A stretch of 64,000 nt of DNA from a virus (lineage: Duplodnaviria > Caudoviricetes). Below the pieces are notes generated by a model. The model was given only the letters and a program-made list of their open reading frames with translations. It made no database searches and had not been told where the DNA came from. Of this stretch, positions 30,015 through 39,810 are shown one piece after another. The position numbers and the translations under genes were made by a program. The stretch spans positions 160,001 through 224,000 of IMG/VR virus record IMGVR_UViG_3300050142_000050; one strand, given 5' to 3'. Every line of letters starts with the position of its first letter. Position 1 is the first letter of the stretch.

Positions 30015-30761
30015 ATGAAAGCTATCGCACCAACCGTCACCTCAGTGAAGAGTCTCAGACTCTCGCTAGGTGATAACCAAGAGGTATTTGCAAAGAAGAC
30101 CGGGTATTCTCAATCACGAGTATCCCGCATGGAAGAGAAGGACCTGATATCTCTAGACAATCTAAAAAAGATGCTCGATGTGTTCGGTTATGATCTACAT
30201 GTCGATGCGATCAGTCGCGATACGGGTCATCGTCTCAGCCTGGTCGGCGAAGGAGCCACTGCGTTGACTTTGGATCGGGAGGGTCCTAAATTCTTCACCT
30301 CCGATAAAGAGATCATAGATCCAGAACTACTACGTAGCATCATGGGTATGGATCATGATGATGAGAGTGTTACGATTGGAGGTAAGAAATTCGATAGATT
30401 CAATAGATATTCTCGCAGCTTTATTCGGGTCACTATTGGGGGTTTCCGAGGTAGTGTCTGCCCGCTCTATCTGGCGAATTTATATTACAGAGGGGAGCAC
30501 CCCTCTAAGGGACATCGCGTGTTCCCGGTGGACGGAAATTACTCGAACTTCAGCAGCGATAACATCTTCATCGGGAATCCGAGAGACTATACGCCTACAC
30601 AAGTTCCCTACCGAGTGATTCATCAGGGTAAAGTCATCGACCAGAGTTTTAGCGGATATGAAATGCGGCGCCTTATAAACCGTATTCGGTGTCAAGATAA
30701 AAATTATGACCATACCCTCCAAAAGAAGATTAACGGTAGGTGGGTGACTGCTGATTTCTGA
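30015..30761 (+). CDS. XRE-type HTH fused to degenerate HNH-like domain
   Basis: LRLSLGDNQEVFAKKTGYSQSRVSRMEE (HTH); HRVFPVDGNYSNFSSDNI (HNH-like, catalytic His not conserved). Confidence 0.6.
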   Translation: MKAIAPTVTSVKSLRLSLGDNQEVFAKKTGYSQSRVSRMEEKDLISLDNLKKMLDVFGYDLHVDAISRDTGHRLSLVGEGATALTLDREGPKFFTSDKEIIDPELLRSIMGMDHDDESVTIGGKKFDRFNRYSRSFIRVTIGGFRGSVCPLYLANLYYRGEHPSKGHRVFPVDGNYSNFSSDNIFIGNPRDYTPTQVPYRVIHQGKVIDQSFSGYEMRRLINRIRCQDKNYDHTLQKKINGRWVTADF

Positions 30762-30839
30762 TATTTGAGTATTTAGTTGAAATTACCCAAAACCTTTTCG
30801 GTACTGTAAGAAGTGCTGATTTGAATTAAGGAATGTCCT

Positions 30840-31388
30840 ATGTCCAATATTCAAGAACCCTATGCCTCCATCAACCTCGAACTCCAGCTGTTCGAAGATG
30901 GGAGGATCAGCTCTAACCTCAGTACCAGTGCCCGGGATATGCGTCCTCAATTTGTCCTTGACGAGATTGACAAGTATTCCGCTGCGGAGCGTCAGGCTCT
31001 CGTCAAGTGTCCTTTCCATAAGGAAAAGGACAAAGATCAGACTACGGTAGCGAGGGAGCAACCGAAGATCCTGAACGAGTTCTGGACGAACTTCGAATCC
31101 GACCAGGTCGAGGTGGGTCGCGATTATCGGATTATCGCTTTCCACTATAAGTCAATGATCAGTACCGATATAACGATGATCGTTACGGACAATACGGGTC
31201 GTCAGCGTGCGAACATCGATGTCGAATTTTCGGATTGGCTCGACCTACGTAAGGTGACCAGATTCAAGATCACCGATCGATTCGGCAGTATGAGTTTCTT
31301 CTCCGTAGGCGTATTGGAATATCGCCCGGACGGTAGGGAAATTTATATCGATGAATCTCGTGACCGTAAGGATTCCGCAAATGTCTAA
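30840..31388 (+). CDS. hypothetical protein
   Basis: 182 aa, AAGGAA RBS, co-oriented. Confidence 0.6.
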   Translation: MSNIQEPYASINLELQLFEDGRISSNLSTSARDMRPQFVLDEIDKYSAAERQALVKCPFHKEKDKDQTTVAREQPKILNEFWTNFESDQVEVGRDYRIIAFHYKSMISTDITMIVTDNTGRQRANIDVEFSDWLDLRKVTRFKITDRFGSMSFFSVGVLEYRPDGREIYIDESRDRKDSANV

Positions 31389-31863
31389 GTTGTCTAGAAA
31401 TACACTACGCATCATTCAGGCTATCAGTCAGTACGGAGACCATATCGGTATTCGGACGGCACTTAAGAATCTATGCGATCTCTCGAACACTGACGACATT
31501 CTGAAGGTGACCAGCGCAGCCATTCGCGAACTCTCTCGTGAGCTGCTTTCCGTCGAAAATATCCTGACACCATCGCACGGTGTCTTGAAGTTCGAGATCG
31601 AGGATATATCCCCTGAACTCGGCTCTGTCATCATTGTGAGAAATGTGACGTACGATCACAGTGATCCCGTAGAGCAGGGTAGGATCATCTGTGCTCGGGA
31701 TAAGGCGCAGAAGATCGTCGATATCCTGAATGGTCTTCCTGAAGACGTACCGATCGACATCTCCCTCAAGAAGGCGGAAGTGTTGGAGGGTACCGGAGAC
31801 CAGGACGTCCAACTCGAGGATAGCTTCGAGCAGAAGCTCGTTGATCTCCTCAACAAAAAATAA
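31381..31863 (+). CDS. hypothetical protein
   Basis: ATG with AAGGA RBS overlapping upstream stop. Confidence 0.6.
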   Translation: MSKLSRNTLRIIQAISQYGDHIGIRTALKNLCDLSNTDDILKVTSAAIRELSRELLSVENILTPSHGVLKFEIEDISPELGSVIIVRNVTYDHSDPVEQGRIICARDKAQKIVDILNGLPEDVPIDISLKKAEVLEGTGDQDVQLEDSFEQKLVDLLNKK

Positions 31864-31876
31864 TACCATCCACAAA

Positions 31877-31905
31877 AGGAGGAGGGGTATTATGCCCCTC
31901 CTCCT
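31877..31905 (+). terminator. hairpin
   Basis: AGGAGGAGGGGTA-TTA-TGCCCCTCCTCCT. Confidence 0.65.
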
Positions 31906-31928
31906 ATCATTCAAGAGGTCTTGACAAT

Positions 31929-32150
31929 ATGACAATCGATCCCATTGAGGCTCTCATCCTCAATATCCGCATCTCTCTGGAGGCAAGCTTCCAGAGTGAA
32001 ATTGCCGCTCATGTGGCTAAGAAGCTCTGCGAGTATGATCCCGACATCGTCAGGATCCTGCGCGTCTATGAGAGCGGTAATCGCTTCATCATCCGGTATG
32101 TGGACTCGCGTTCGGAAATGCTCTCCTTCGTCATCAATCTCAGGGGATAA
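31929..32150 (+). CDS. small hypothetical protein
   Basis: 73 aa, GAGG RBS. Confidence 0.55.
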   Translation: MTIDPIEALILNIRISLEASFQSEIAAHVAKKLCEYDPDIVRILRVYESGNRFIIRYVDSRSEMLSFVINLRG

Positions 32151-32153
32151 TCC

Positions 32154-32342
32154 ATGGACTCTGGCAAGAAGCGGAATGGTCAGCATCTCGTCAGAGTGCT
32201 GATCGACTCCAATACCGATAGATCGATCATGATCGAGGCATCCATCGACAATCGAGTGAAAGATCACCGCATGTGGTTAGCTCACCAGATTAGCTGGGCT
32301 AAACGTAATGGGTGTATCGTCGAGGTGGCTCGTACGAATTGA
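32154..32342 (+). CDS. small hypothetical protein
   Basis: 62 aa, GGGGA RBS, tightly packed. Confidence 0.5.
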   Translation: MDSGKKRNGQHLVRVLIDSNTDRSIMIEASIDNRVKDHRMWLAHQISWAKRNGCIVEVARTN

Positions 32343-32350
32343 TCCGAGTG

Positions 32351-32374
32351 AGAGGAGGGAAATTTCCCTCCTCT
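32351..32374. terminator. 24-bp perfect palindrome
   Basis: AGAGGAGGGAAATTTCCCTCCTCT. Confidence 0.65.
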
Positions 32375-32434
32375 AATCTCTACTATTGGATAACCGATGG
32401 TAAAGATTAGAGATCACCTTTAGGAGATTGTTCA

Positions 32435-32797
32435 ATGAGTAAGAAACCCCTAGCGGTAGTTATCAAAGGTAACCCCAAATATTTGTACAATCGAAAGACT
32501 GCCTTACTGGCAGCCGCTTTCTACTCTGAGATCGAACATCTTCTCAAGACCCTCGGTTGGGAAGTAGAGTTCGATCAGGGCGCACCATTCACAACGCCTC
32601 GCGATGATGCGCAATGTTGGATCGCTCATAGTCGGGGTATCGATAGACTCAGGTTCGCACCTGACCATATCCAGACACTGGCACTCTCTACCAAGTGTAC
32701 CATCACGGGCCATATCGATACAGTCGGTATGGATCACAATCACTACCGTCTATCCGCAGAGGATATCAAAAACATCAGAGCTCTTCGTCGGAACTAG
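32435..32797 (+). CDS. minimal alpha/beta-hydrolase-like protein
   Basis: WIAHSRG nucleophile-elbow-like motif and C-terminal DHNHY; AGGAG RBS. Confidence 0.4.
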   Translation: MSKKPLAVVIKGNPKYLYNRKTALLAAAFYSEIEHLLKTLGWEVEFDQGAPFTTPRDDAQCWIAHSRGIDRLRFAPDHIQTLALSTKCTITGHIDTVGMDHNHYRLSAEDIKNIRALRRN

Positions 32798-32818
32798 CTC
32801 TAAAGAGGAGAACGTCCT

Positions 32819-33793
32819 ATGTATGAAGCACCCTACCGCCACTATACCAAGTACGCCGCATGGCTGAAAGCAACCAAAGGTATCGAGGTTGACATTACGG
32901 ATTTGGATCAACAACCCCAAGAATTGATCCACGAGTTCTACATGGAGGATGTGATCGAACCACATCCTCCTCTCGCCCGCCATCCCGATCGGGAACAGCT
33001 CAATCGGTTGGGGCCGGGGGCACTGGTCCTCATCCACTGTCCCGCAGGAACCGACGATATCACATTCCCACTCCTGGTGAGGCTGGCCAAGGTGAAGAGA
33101 CACGACTTCACCTACGATATCAAGTTAGGGACTGATGACGTTATGGAACAAATCCCACCGACTGTATATTGGGATTATACCAAACTCCCTGAAGGTCGTC
33201 TGCCTCCTGAGAGCGTGAGGCGTTCATCTCATCCAGGTCTCAGCATGTGCGATGGTCATTGGGTGTTGGCCATTTACGACTATGGGAAGTACGAACCTTC
33301 CCCTCGGAACATCTATGCCCACGAGCGCACAATCACCGGATACAACTCACGTGTCCGATATAGAGCCTTCAGGAGAGATCCCAGTGTATATGGCACAGGG
33401 TCCATATCTCGCGGGATATATGGTGGGAACCTAGTGGTACTCGCTAAGGAGATTCTCTCCACTCATCCATCCGTAGTGGTCCCTTATGAGATCTGGAACG
33501 ACCTGTTCATGGAAGCCTACAATAAGTCAGGTCGTCCTGGTTATGTGGGACCCATTCCCAAACAGCCTACCTGCATCGACGATTACCGCGTTTACAGAGT
33601 AACGTTCGGTACCGGGCAGTATTCGGCACGCGTCAACATCAAAGCATTCCGTAAGTGGGTGCTCAAGAATGCCCATCGCTTCTGTCCGACTCTCGCCAAA
33701 CATATCGCCCACCGGAAGGAACAATACCGTCTTGGTCGAGAGCGAGACGAAGTGGGATTTTTCGAAACCTCTTTCGCACCAATCGGTTATTAA
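32819..33793 (+). CDS. hypothetical protein
   Basis: 324 aa, GAGGAG RBS. Confidence 0.65.
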   Translation: MYEAPYRHYTKYAAWLKATKGIEVDITDLDQQPQELIHEFYMEDVIEPHPPLARHPDREQLNRLGPGALVLIHCPAGTDDITFPLLVRLAKVKRHDFTYDIKLGTDDVMEQIPPTVYWDYTKLPEGRLPPESVRRSSHPGLSMCDGHWVLAIYDYGKYEPSPRNIYAHERTITGYNSRVRYRAFRRDPSVYGTGSISRGIYGGNLVVLAKEILSTHPSVVVPYEIWNDLFMEAYNKSGRPGYVGPIPKQPTCIDDYRVYRVTFGTGQYSARVNIKAFRKWVLKNAHRFCPTLAKHIAHRKEQYRLGRERDEVGFFETSFAPIGY

Positions 33794-33859
33794 TCACAAG
33801 TCCTCAGTGGTGGGATTTAACCACTCTAGTTTTCTCTCTTTTCAACAAGGAACATCATC

Positions 33860-34276
33860 ATGAACAACTTCTATCAAGTTCTCCCGCTCATCACCTCGAT
33901 CGTGTGTGCACTGGTCGGTCTCAAGTGTGCGCTGTTTGATCACAAGGAACCAGGTACTTCTCGTACCTGCTTTGTGGTATTCTCGATTGCACTGATCAGC
34001 ATGCAGCTCCACATCGAACTCACCGATCCTTCGTTCTTCAGTAATGCGGTCATCCGTATCGTCACTGGAATGATCGATACAGTGATCATCCTGGGTTGTC
34101 TCGCCCTGATGTACCTGGCCACCAAGGTCGCAGTCGATCTCGATGATATCAGCACTGACTCCGTCCCCAACATCGCCAAGGATCTGATGATCAAGTTCGG
34201 GGCATTCGGTGCTGTGGTCGTGACCATGACGACCTATGTGTTCGGCACAACCATCGGTGTCTGGGCATTGGTTTGA
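33860..34276 (+). CDS. multi-pass membrane protein
   Basis: Four hydrophobic segments, AAGGA RBS. Confidence 0.65.
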   Translation: MNNFYQVLPLITSIVCALVGLKCALFDHKEPGTSRTCFVVFSIALISMQLHIELTDPSFFSNAVIRIVTGMIDTVIILGCLALMYLATKVAVDLDDISTDSVPNIAKDLMIKFGAFGAVVVTMTTYVFGTTIGVWALV

Positions 34277-34287
34277 AATATACCTCA

Positions 34288-34319
34288 TAGATGCAGTGGG
34301 GACATCCCCACTGCATCTA
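34288..34319. terminator. 15-bp inverted repeat
   Basis: TAGATGCAGTGGGGA-CA-TCCCCACTGCATCTA. Confidence 0.7.
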
Positions 34320-34342
34320 CTGTCTATAAGGAACTGTGATCC

Positions 34343-34768
34343 ATGTATCCCCATCTCACGACGCTCGAGTTCATCGGTACGATCCTCGCATTCGTGATTC
34401 CAGCGATCGCGTTTGGTGCGACACCTGATGTGCATAACTTTCTAACCGGAGTCCATTCCAGACTCGGTACTTTCACAAAAGGTATCGTACTCTTCGTGTG
34501 TGCGACACTGTTTGCTGGCGGTGTGGTCGTGACCTTCGTATACGGGGCCCTCAACTTCCAGACTGGTCGCGAAGTCGATCGTGTGCGTGGCACACAAGTA
34601 CTCGATATCTTCGGGTATGAAAATCCTCAGTTCTTCGATGTACCCACTGGTGGTTGTCATGGACCTGATGAAGCAGTGCTCCTTTTCAGAGCGACTGAGC
34701 GCTATACCAAGAAAATGCGTGCCGGTCGTATCTGTGATGGAAACAACAACACGTATATCGTCTGGTAG
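34343..34768 (+). CDS. membrane protein
   Basis: Two TM segments then soluble tail. Confidence 0.6.
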   Translation: MYPHLTTLEFIGTILAFVIPAIAFGATPDVHNFLTGVHSRLGTFTKGIVLFVCATLFAGGVVVTFVYGALNFQTGREVDRVRGTQVLDIFGYENPQFFDVPTGGCHGPDEAVLLFRATERYTKKMRAGRICDGNNNTYIVW

Positions 34769-34781
34769 ACTATAGTCTTAC

Positions 34782-34807
34782 ATGGGGTGGAGCATCCTCC
34801 ACCCCAT
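34782..34807 (+). terminator. 11-bp hairpin
   Basis: ATGGGGTGGAG-CATC-CTCCACCCCAT. Confidence 0.65.
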
Positions 34808-34836
34808 CATTGACCATAGAGGAAAGGTAAATACAA

Positions 34837-35079
34837 ATGGCTAAACACACTATCGGACTCCACAAGGGTGAAGAAATCATGCTCCGCATCACCGAGGATC
34901 GGTGGGCTGATCATTACAACGATGTCTTCATCACCAAGAAGAAGATGGGTAAATTCACCCACAACTTCGTGGTGAGCGAACGCTGTGCCGGCAACGAGAT
35001 CGTCGAGTATGCATCATTTGGTCGTCACAACTTCGCTAAGGCCCTCGCACTGGCCGAACGGCTCGTATTGGGTAAGTAA
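34837..35079 (+). CDS. small hypothetical protein
   Basis: 80 aa, co-oriented, RBS-like upstream. Confidence 0.6.
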   Translation: MAKHTIGLHKGEEIMLRITEDRWADHYNDVFITKKKMGKFTHNFVVSERCAGNEIVEYASFGRHNFAKALALAERLVLGK

Positions 35080-35108
35080 TTCACAAACTCCAAATAAGGA
35101 TACCACCA

Positions 35109-35489
35109 ATGCGCATCCGCAGTATCAACCGCGCTTGGAACTGGGTAGTTCTGGCACTCTTCATTGTGATTGGTGTTTTCACCATCGCAGAAGTACGCCA
35201 TGTGCGCGAATACACTTTCACAGTGTCGGCTACCGACAACAAATGCGATGTGGATGCAGGTGAACTCACCTGCTACTACGTCGTCTTCGGGACTGAAGGT
35301 GAAGTCTTCAAGAATGTCGACAGCGTTTGGTTCTGGAAGTGGGACAGTGCGTCTGTACAAGCCAAGATGCAGGTAGGTAAAACCTACACTGTTCGAGCTA
35401 GTGGATATCGCATCCCGTTCTTCTCCATGAAACCGAACATTATCGAGGTCGAACACCAGCTGCAACTGGGAGGTACTACCAGTGAGTAA
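35109..35489 (+). CDS. membrane-anchored phage protein
   Basis: N-terminal TM; EVFKNVDSVWFWKWDS..GKTYTVRASGYRIPFFSMKPNII pattern of a widespread phage family. Confidence 0.7.
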   Translation: MRIRSINRAWNWVVLALFIVIGVFTIAEVRHVREYTFTVSATDNKCDVDAGELTCYYVVFGTEGEVFKNVDSVWFWKWDSASVQAKMQVGKTYTVRASGYRIPFFSMKPNIIEVEHQLQLGGTTSE

Positions 35490-36750
35490 CAAGAAGAACG
35501 CCGTCGTATCGGCTGCCGTAGAAGGTAGCAAGCGACACCTCAAGCGATACGTATTCGGTACACTCGGACTGGGTGCAGCTGCTATCATCAGTGCGCAGCT
35601 TAAGCGTCGGGTTTCATCGACGGTGACATTTAACTCGGGATCTCATGAATTCTCTGACATCCTGAGGTTCGTGACGGACAAGGTCGTCGATCCGAGGTTC
35701 TCCACGGCCTTTCATTATAGTGAATTACGAGTCGGTCGCAATGGTAAACAATACCGTACTCGGGGTATCGACATCGGCGATGGTATCCACTATGGGATGT
35801 ACCGTGGATCACCCTGTGCGATCAAGATCTCCTCGGTGACGACCAATGTCGAGATTATCGTCACCATGGTCATGACTAGGATGGGATCGGATCAGTCATG
35901 GTGCGGTAAAATCTTCGACGATGCCATGGATTACCGTAGAGAACGAGAGGGTGAAACGGGATCCTTATTTGTCAGGATTAACAGCGGGTCTACATCCCGT
36001 TATGGCTCTTCGTCGTCGTGGTCTGAGAGGAAGAAGATGCCTCGGAGATACTCGGACTCCATCTTCTTCGACACTGACTATGTGAAGCAGATCGTCGATC
36101 ACATTGAGGAGTTCAGGAAGAAGCGTGAGTGGAATGTCTCAAGAGGACTTCCTCATCACACTGGTATCGTACTCTACGGTGCACCGGGGTGTGGTAAATC
36201 GAGCCTATTGGCCGTCGTGGCCGCCATGGTGAATCGCAACCTTGCTATCATGGACCTCTCGACAGTGGTCGGTCCACGAGATTTGGCGAGTCAGATCTCG
36301 GACATCACCTCGTGGGACGAAGACATTCTTGTAGTCGAGGATATCGATGCACGAGGTAAGTCTCTGAAACGATCTGCTCATCACCATGTGGGTGATGATC
36401 CTGACAACAGTGCACTATTGGGCACTCTCCTCAATATCCTCGATGGGGTAGGATCGCCTACTGATATGGTGACCATCATCACCACAAATGATCTCAGTGC
36501 CCTGGATCCGGCGCTCATCCGCCCCGGGCGATTCGATCTCGTTATCGAAGTGAAACCGATCGGTCTTGAAAGTGTCATCAGGATGGCGCAATATTTCGAG
36601 ATCGATACTGAGGGCTTCTACATCGAAGACTTCTCACCGATGCCGGGAGCTACCGTCCGTGGTATCCTCTTGGACACTGGGCTGGATGGTATCCGCGATT
36701 ACCAGACCAAGCAAAAAGAACAATCCGATGAACCGCATGACAGAGCGTAG
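35482..36750 (+). CDS. BCS1-like AAA+ ATPase with N-terminal membrane anchor
   Basis: GIVLYGAPGCGKS (Walker A), LVVEDID (Walker B), TTN, LDPALIRPGRFD (SRH). Confidence 0.85.
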   Translation: MSNKKNAVVSAAVEGSKRHLKRYVFGTLGLGAAAIISAQLKRRVSSTVTFNSGSHEFSDILRFVTDKVVDPRFSTAFHYSELRVGRNGKQYRTRGIDIGDGIHYGMYRGSPCAIKISSVTTNVEIIVTMVMTRMGSDQSWCGKIFDDAMDYRREREGETGSLFVRINSGSTSRYGSSSSWSERKKMPRRYSDSIFFDTDYVKQIVDHIEEFRKKREWNVSRGLPHHTGIVLYGAPGCGKSSLLAVVAAMVNRNLAIMDLSTVVGPRDLASQISDITSWDEDILVVEDIDARGKSLKRSAHHHVGDDPDNSALLGTLLNILDGVGSPTDMVTIITTNDLSALDPALIRPGRFDLVIEVKPIGLESVIRMAQYFEIDTEGFYIEDFSPMPGATVRGILLDTGLDGIRDYQTKQKEQSDEPHDRA

Positions 36751-36934
36751 TATCTACGCGTGTAAGAATGCCCCCGGCCAACGCTGGGGGCAGGCTATTT
36801 GCAATCAGTTCAAGTTCAAGGACAGTAAGAGTCTGTCGAGCTACCATGACAAACTTTTCAATGAACCCGACGACAATCGGGTCGAGAAGACTGTCAGGAA
36901 GATGATCTTGGATTTGAACATCCCCAAGAAATAA
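36728..36934 (+). CDS. small hypothetical protein
   Basis: Overlaps ATPase end; RWGQAICN..DKLFN pattern. Confidence 0.5.
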   Translation: MNRMTERSIYACKNAPGQRWGQAICNQFKFKDSKSLSSYHDKLFNEPDDNRVEKTVRKMILDLNIPKK

Positions 36935-36956
36935 CCCAATTAAGGAGTGCCCTAAC

Positions 36957-37187
36957 ATGACCACGATCGCAGCAAAAGCCGACGACTGTGTCGGCACTAT
37001 CCTCAAGCTCGCAGGTCTTATCCCTGACGAATCTATGTCCCACCAGTATGTCGATATTCACGATGTGAGGGTCGGTGGTCGCCATATCCTGTCACCCACC
37101 GAAATCCCCGGAGGGTGGGACCATCGCACGAAGTTTGAATTCTGGGTCAACGATCAACCGATCGGTATGATCATCATCGACCGCTGA
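36957..37187 (+). CDS. small hypothetical protein
   Basis: 76 aa with conserved AAGGAGTGCCCTAAC leader. Confidence 0.65.
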   Translation: MTTIAAKADDCVGTILKLAGLIPDESMSHQYVDIHDVRVGGRHILSPTEIPGGWDHRTKFEFWVNDQPIGMIIIDR

Positions 37188-37209
37188 TATTTCACAAGGA
37201 GAAACACCC

Positions 37210-37665
37210 ATGTCCATCGAATTCAATAAAGCCTATCTCGGCTTCGCCATCAACCTCTACCAGAAAATGACTGCTGGTGAGTTCTTGAGTGCGTACGGAG
37301 GTACCTCGCAGGCCAGTATGCACCCGCCCGAGACGGAAGGTCTGGCGATCAATTTCCGCGGACACAATGGAACCATCGAATGGTTCCCTCACGGTACTTT
37401 TCCCGAGGATATGACCACTCTCACGTGGGGTAAGATCTTCCTTATGTGCGAACAGGGATGGGCCTTCGACATCGTACCCGAAGAACCTCTGACCTCATTC
37501 CGATTCACCTCGATTCGGATCGACAACTCGAATGTTTTCGAGTGCATTGGCCTCCTTCGTAATCGCATTGACCTCACCGAGGTGAATGTCACTTTCATCG
37601 ACCCTGTGGAAAATCTGTTCGAGCCCTCGGCGGTATCGGCTGATGACAAGGAAAATCCTCAGTGA
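37210..37665 (+). CDS. hypothetical protein
   Basis: 151 aa, AAGGAG RBS. Confidence 0.65.
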   Translation: MSIEFNKAYLGFAINLYQKMTAGEFLSAYGGTSQASMHPPETEGLAINFRGHNGTIEWFPHGTFPEDMTTLTWGKIFLMCEQGWAFDIVPEEPLTSFRFTSIRIDNSNVFECIGLLRNRIDLTEVNVTFIDPVENLFEPSAVSADDKENPQ

Positions 37666-37808
37666 TCACCGCACTCGAACTCAAGGAGTGGCTCAACACG
37701 CTACCCGACGATGCCGACATCTTCATCGACGATGGCGGTCTGACTCTCCAAGCCAAAACACCTCAGGGTACCCCCTCCTTAGATGTGGGTGGGTATCCCG
37801 AGATATAG
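37662..37808 (+). CDS. 48-aa hypothetical protein (not in ORF track)
   Basis: GTG start overlapping upstream TGA, AAGGA RBS; (M)ITALELKEWLNTLPDDADIFIDDGG. Confidence 0.5.
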   Translation: MITALELKEWLNTLPDDADIFIDDGGLTLQAKTPQGTPSLDVGGYPEI

Positions 37809-37834
37809 TCCTCGCTCGAAATGGAGTGAATATC

Positions 37835-37981
37835 ATGAGTGATGACGATTCTGTCATCGAAAGTTGGTCTGGAGAACAACGAGCTGTGATCTATTCTGAG
37901 CAACAAGGGTGCGCTGGTATCATCTTCGGTATAGTCATACTGATCCTCACAGGTCTGGTATGGTACTTCACACACAAATAA
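37835..37981 (+). CDS. small membrane protein
   Basis: GGAG RBS; C-terminal TM. Confidence 0.55.
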   Translation: MSDDDSVIESWSGEQRAVIYSEQQGCAGIIFGIVILILTGLVWYFTHK

Positions 37982-37991
37982 GAGGTGGTAT

Positions 37992-38360
37992 ATGACTGAT
38001 TCGAATACCCCTATCCGCCTACTCTGGATCAAACTCGATCGGAAGTGCCCGTCGCTTGTTTACGGCTCTTCTTACGAGATTCAGAAATTCTCGCACAATA
38101 ACTCTCTGTCATCGACATTCACAATGAGTACCGTGGATGCCCTCGGTACGGAGGTCGACTTTGAAATCGACTATTTGACATGGCTCAACCTGACAGGGGT
38201 GAAAGAGTTCTGCTTTGTCAACTGCCTCAAGGAGGATTCACCATTCTTCCTCATCGGTATCATGGAAGATCGCGAGGAAGGCGAGTGTTTACCGATCGAA
38301 GCCTGTGAGCCTATTGTGATGGTACAAACGGGCTCGGGTCGTATCGATCAGATTAACTGA
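37992..38360 (+). CDS. hypothetical protein
   Basis: 122 aa, GAGGTG RBS. Confidence 0.6.
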   Translation: MTDSNTPIRLLWIKLDRKCPSLVYGSSYEIQKFSHNNSLSSTFTMSTVDALGTEVDFEIDYLTWLNLTGVKEFCFVNCLKEDSPFFLIGIMEDREEGECLPIEACEPIVMVQTGSGRIDQIN

Positions 38361-38368
38361 TTTCCTAC

Positions 38369-38394
38369 GTGGTGTGGGGCATGCCCCACACCAC
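38369..38394. terminator. 26-bp perfect palindrome
   Basis: GTGGTGTGGGGCATGCCCCACACCAC. Confidence 0.65.
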
Positions 38395-38428
38395 TATTGA
38401 ACTTAGTTTATTGATTAGGAGAAACTGT

Positions 38429-38740
38429 ATGCAGATTTCCAAAGAGGACGATACCTCCGAACACGAAGTACTACTGAAGAAGTGGTCGTCTCGTAAAGTG
38501 TCGACCAATGTGTACAAGGTCGAGAAGGGTATGTGGGTATCCTGCCCAACCGCCGGTGAAGGTCAGTTCGAGGTTATGGACATCACCGATGGTGTACTCC
38601 ACCTAGATCTTCGTAACGGAATGGGACCCACTCCTTTTTTCATGTTCCAATGTAAGGTCGAAGTGGGCGAGATTCTACGATTTAAGTCGGGTACGACCAA
38701 CGATCCCAACGATATCGATCTGCCTCCCAAACCGGCTTGA
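38429..38740 (+). CDS. hypothetical protein
   Basis: AGGAG RBS before ATG 38429. Confidence 0.6.
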   Translation: MQISKEDDTSEHEVLLKKWSSRKVSTNVYKVEKGMWVSCPTAGEGQFEVMDITDGVLHLDLRNGMGPTPFFMFQCKVEVGEILRFKSGTTNDPNDIDLPPKPA

Positions 38741-38967
38741 AATAGGAGTGGTGAACCATGACCGTGCATACCTTCAACGGTAGGGCTGAACTCGACAAGT
38801 GGTTGCAGAGTAAAGATAAGGAGCTCGATACCATTTGGCGCAGTGGTCTGACTACCACCCCCAAGTGGCAGGAGCGCTATCGGCAGATCAAAGAGTCGAT
38901 CTCTAAGACTTTGGAACGCAATCAGCACCTACTGTAAGAACACCTACATCACAGAAGGACATCGACA

Positions 38968-39360
38968 ATGACTGAACCGGTGATTAATCACGGCGTTCTG
39001 GTGATTGACAAATTGACAAGAGATGCACTATCCGCGTTGGAGAAATACAGCCGTCCACCTCATCCCGACGGTCTACCCCTCTTCGGTAAGGACCTTTTGA
39101 GCAAGTGGGGGTTTTCTGACGGGGATGCCCCCGAGGAGATCGAGTGCTACTCCGAGGTTTGGGATAAAGCGCTTGAAGCACTAGTGCGAGAGCGTCTTCT
39201 TCCCCTTCTACCCGGAGTGGAGATCAAACTATACTTCTCCCACCACAATCCAATCCGAGCCACTGCTGAAACTGCACATCTGATTAGTGAATCGGAAGAT
39301 GTGTCCGTAGTCGTCCCATGGGACGATGTGGTGGCGACAGTCAAGAGGTTCATGCCATGA
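38968..39360 (+). CDS. hypothetical phage protein
   Basis: LLSKWGFSDGD..HHNPIRA pattern; AAGGA RBS. Confidence 0.65.
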   Translation: MTEPVINHGVLVIDKLTRDALSALEKYSRPPHPDGLPLFGKDLLSKWGFSDGDAPEEIECYSEVWDKALEALVRERLLPLLPGVEIKLYFSHHNPIRATAETAHLISESEDVSVVVPWDDVVATVKRFMP

Positions 39361-39794
39361 AAGACAAATCTAACCTCATCGAGATGCTTCTTGCTCTCGA
39401 GAAAGAGCCTCATTCGGGGGTCCTCCTGTGTCAACCTGTGAAGGGTAACTGCGGACCTGAACCCTCAGAAGCTACCGCACTCATCCGGTTCATGAACACC
39501 GCAGGTGGATACCAGTGGTCAGTATCTGCGATTTACGTCATGGTAGGTTTCGTTACGACCAGCGTTACCGTATATGGTGATCTCGATACCGTATTCGAAT
39601 GGGCCGATCGACATTACGATACCGGTGCTAAGATGGGCATCATGACCTGGGTATTCTTCGGTTATGATGAACCTACCTTCCCTGTCAATCTCCTCCCCCA
39701 CAAAGGGCCTTTGGAGCTCAAGATCGAAGAGATGAAGAAGGGCGAATCCCTCGACGAATTCTTGAACATCCGTCCTACCCCCACATTCAAATAA
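39357..39794 (+). CDS. hypothetical protein
   Basis: ATGA overlap with upstream gene. Confidence 0.6.
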   Translation: MKDKSNLIEMLLALEKEPHSGVLLCQPVKGNCGPEPSEATALIRFMNTAGGYQWSVSAIYVMVGFVTTSVTVYGDLDTVFEWADRHYDTGAKMGIMTWVFFGYDEPTFPVNLLPHKGPLELKIEEMKKGESLDEFLNIRPTPTFK

Positions 39795-39810
39795 GGAAAG
39801 TCCCCCCCCC

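Noticed and set aside
30015-30761. Mobile HNH homing endonuclease
   Set aside because: Catalytic His not conserved and no interrupted target gene; treated as an HTH fusion
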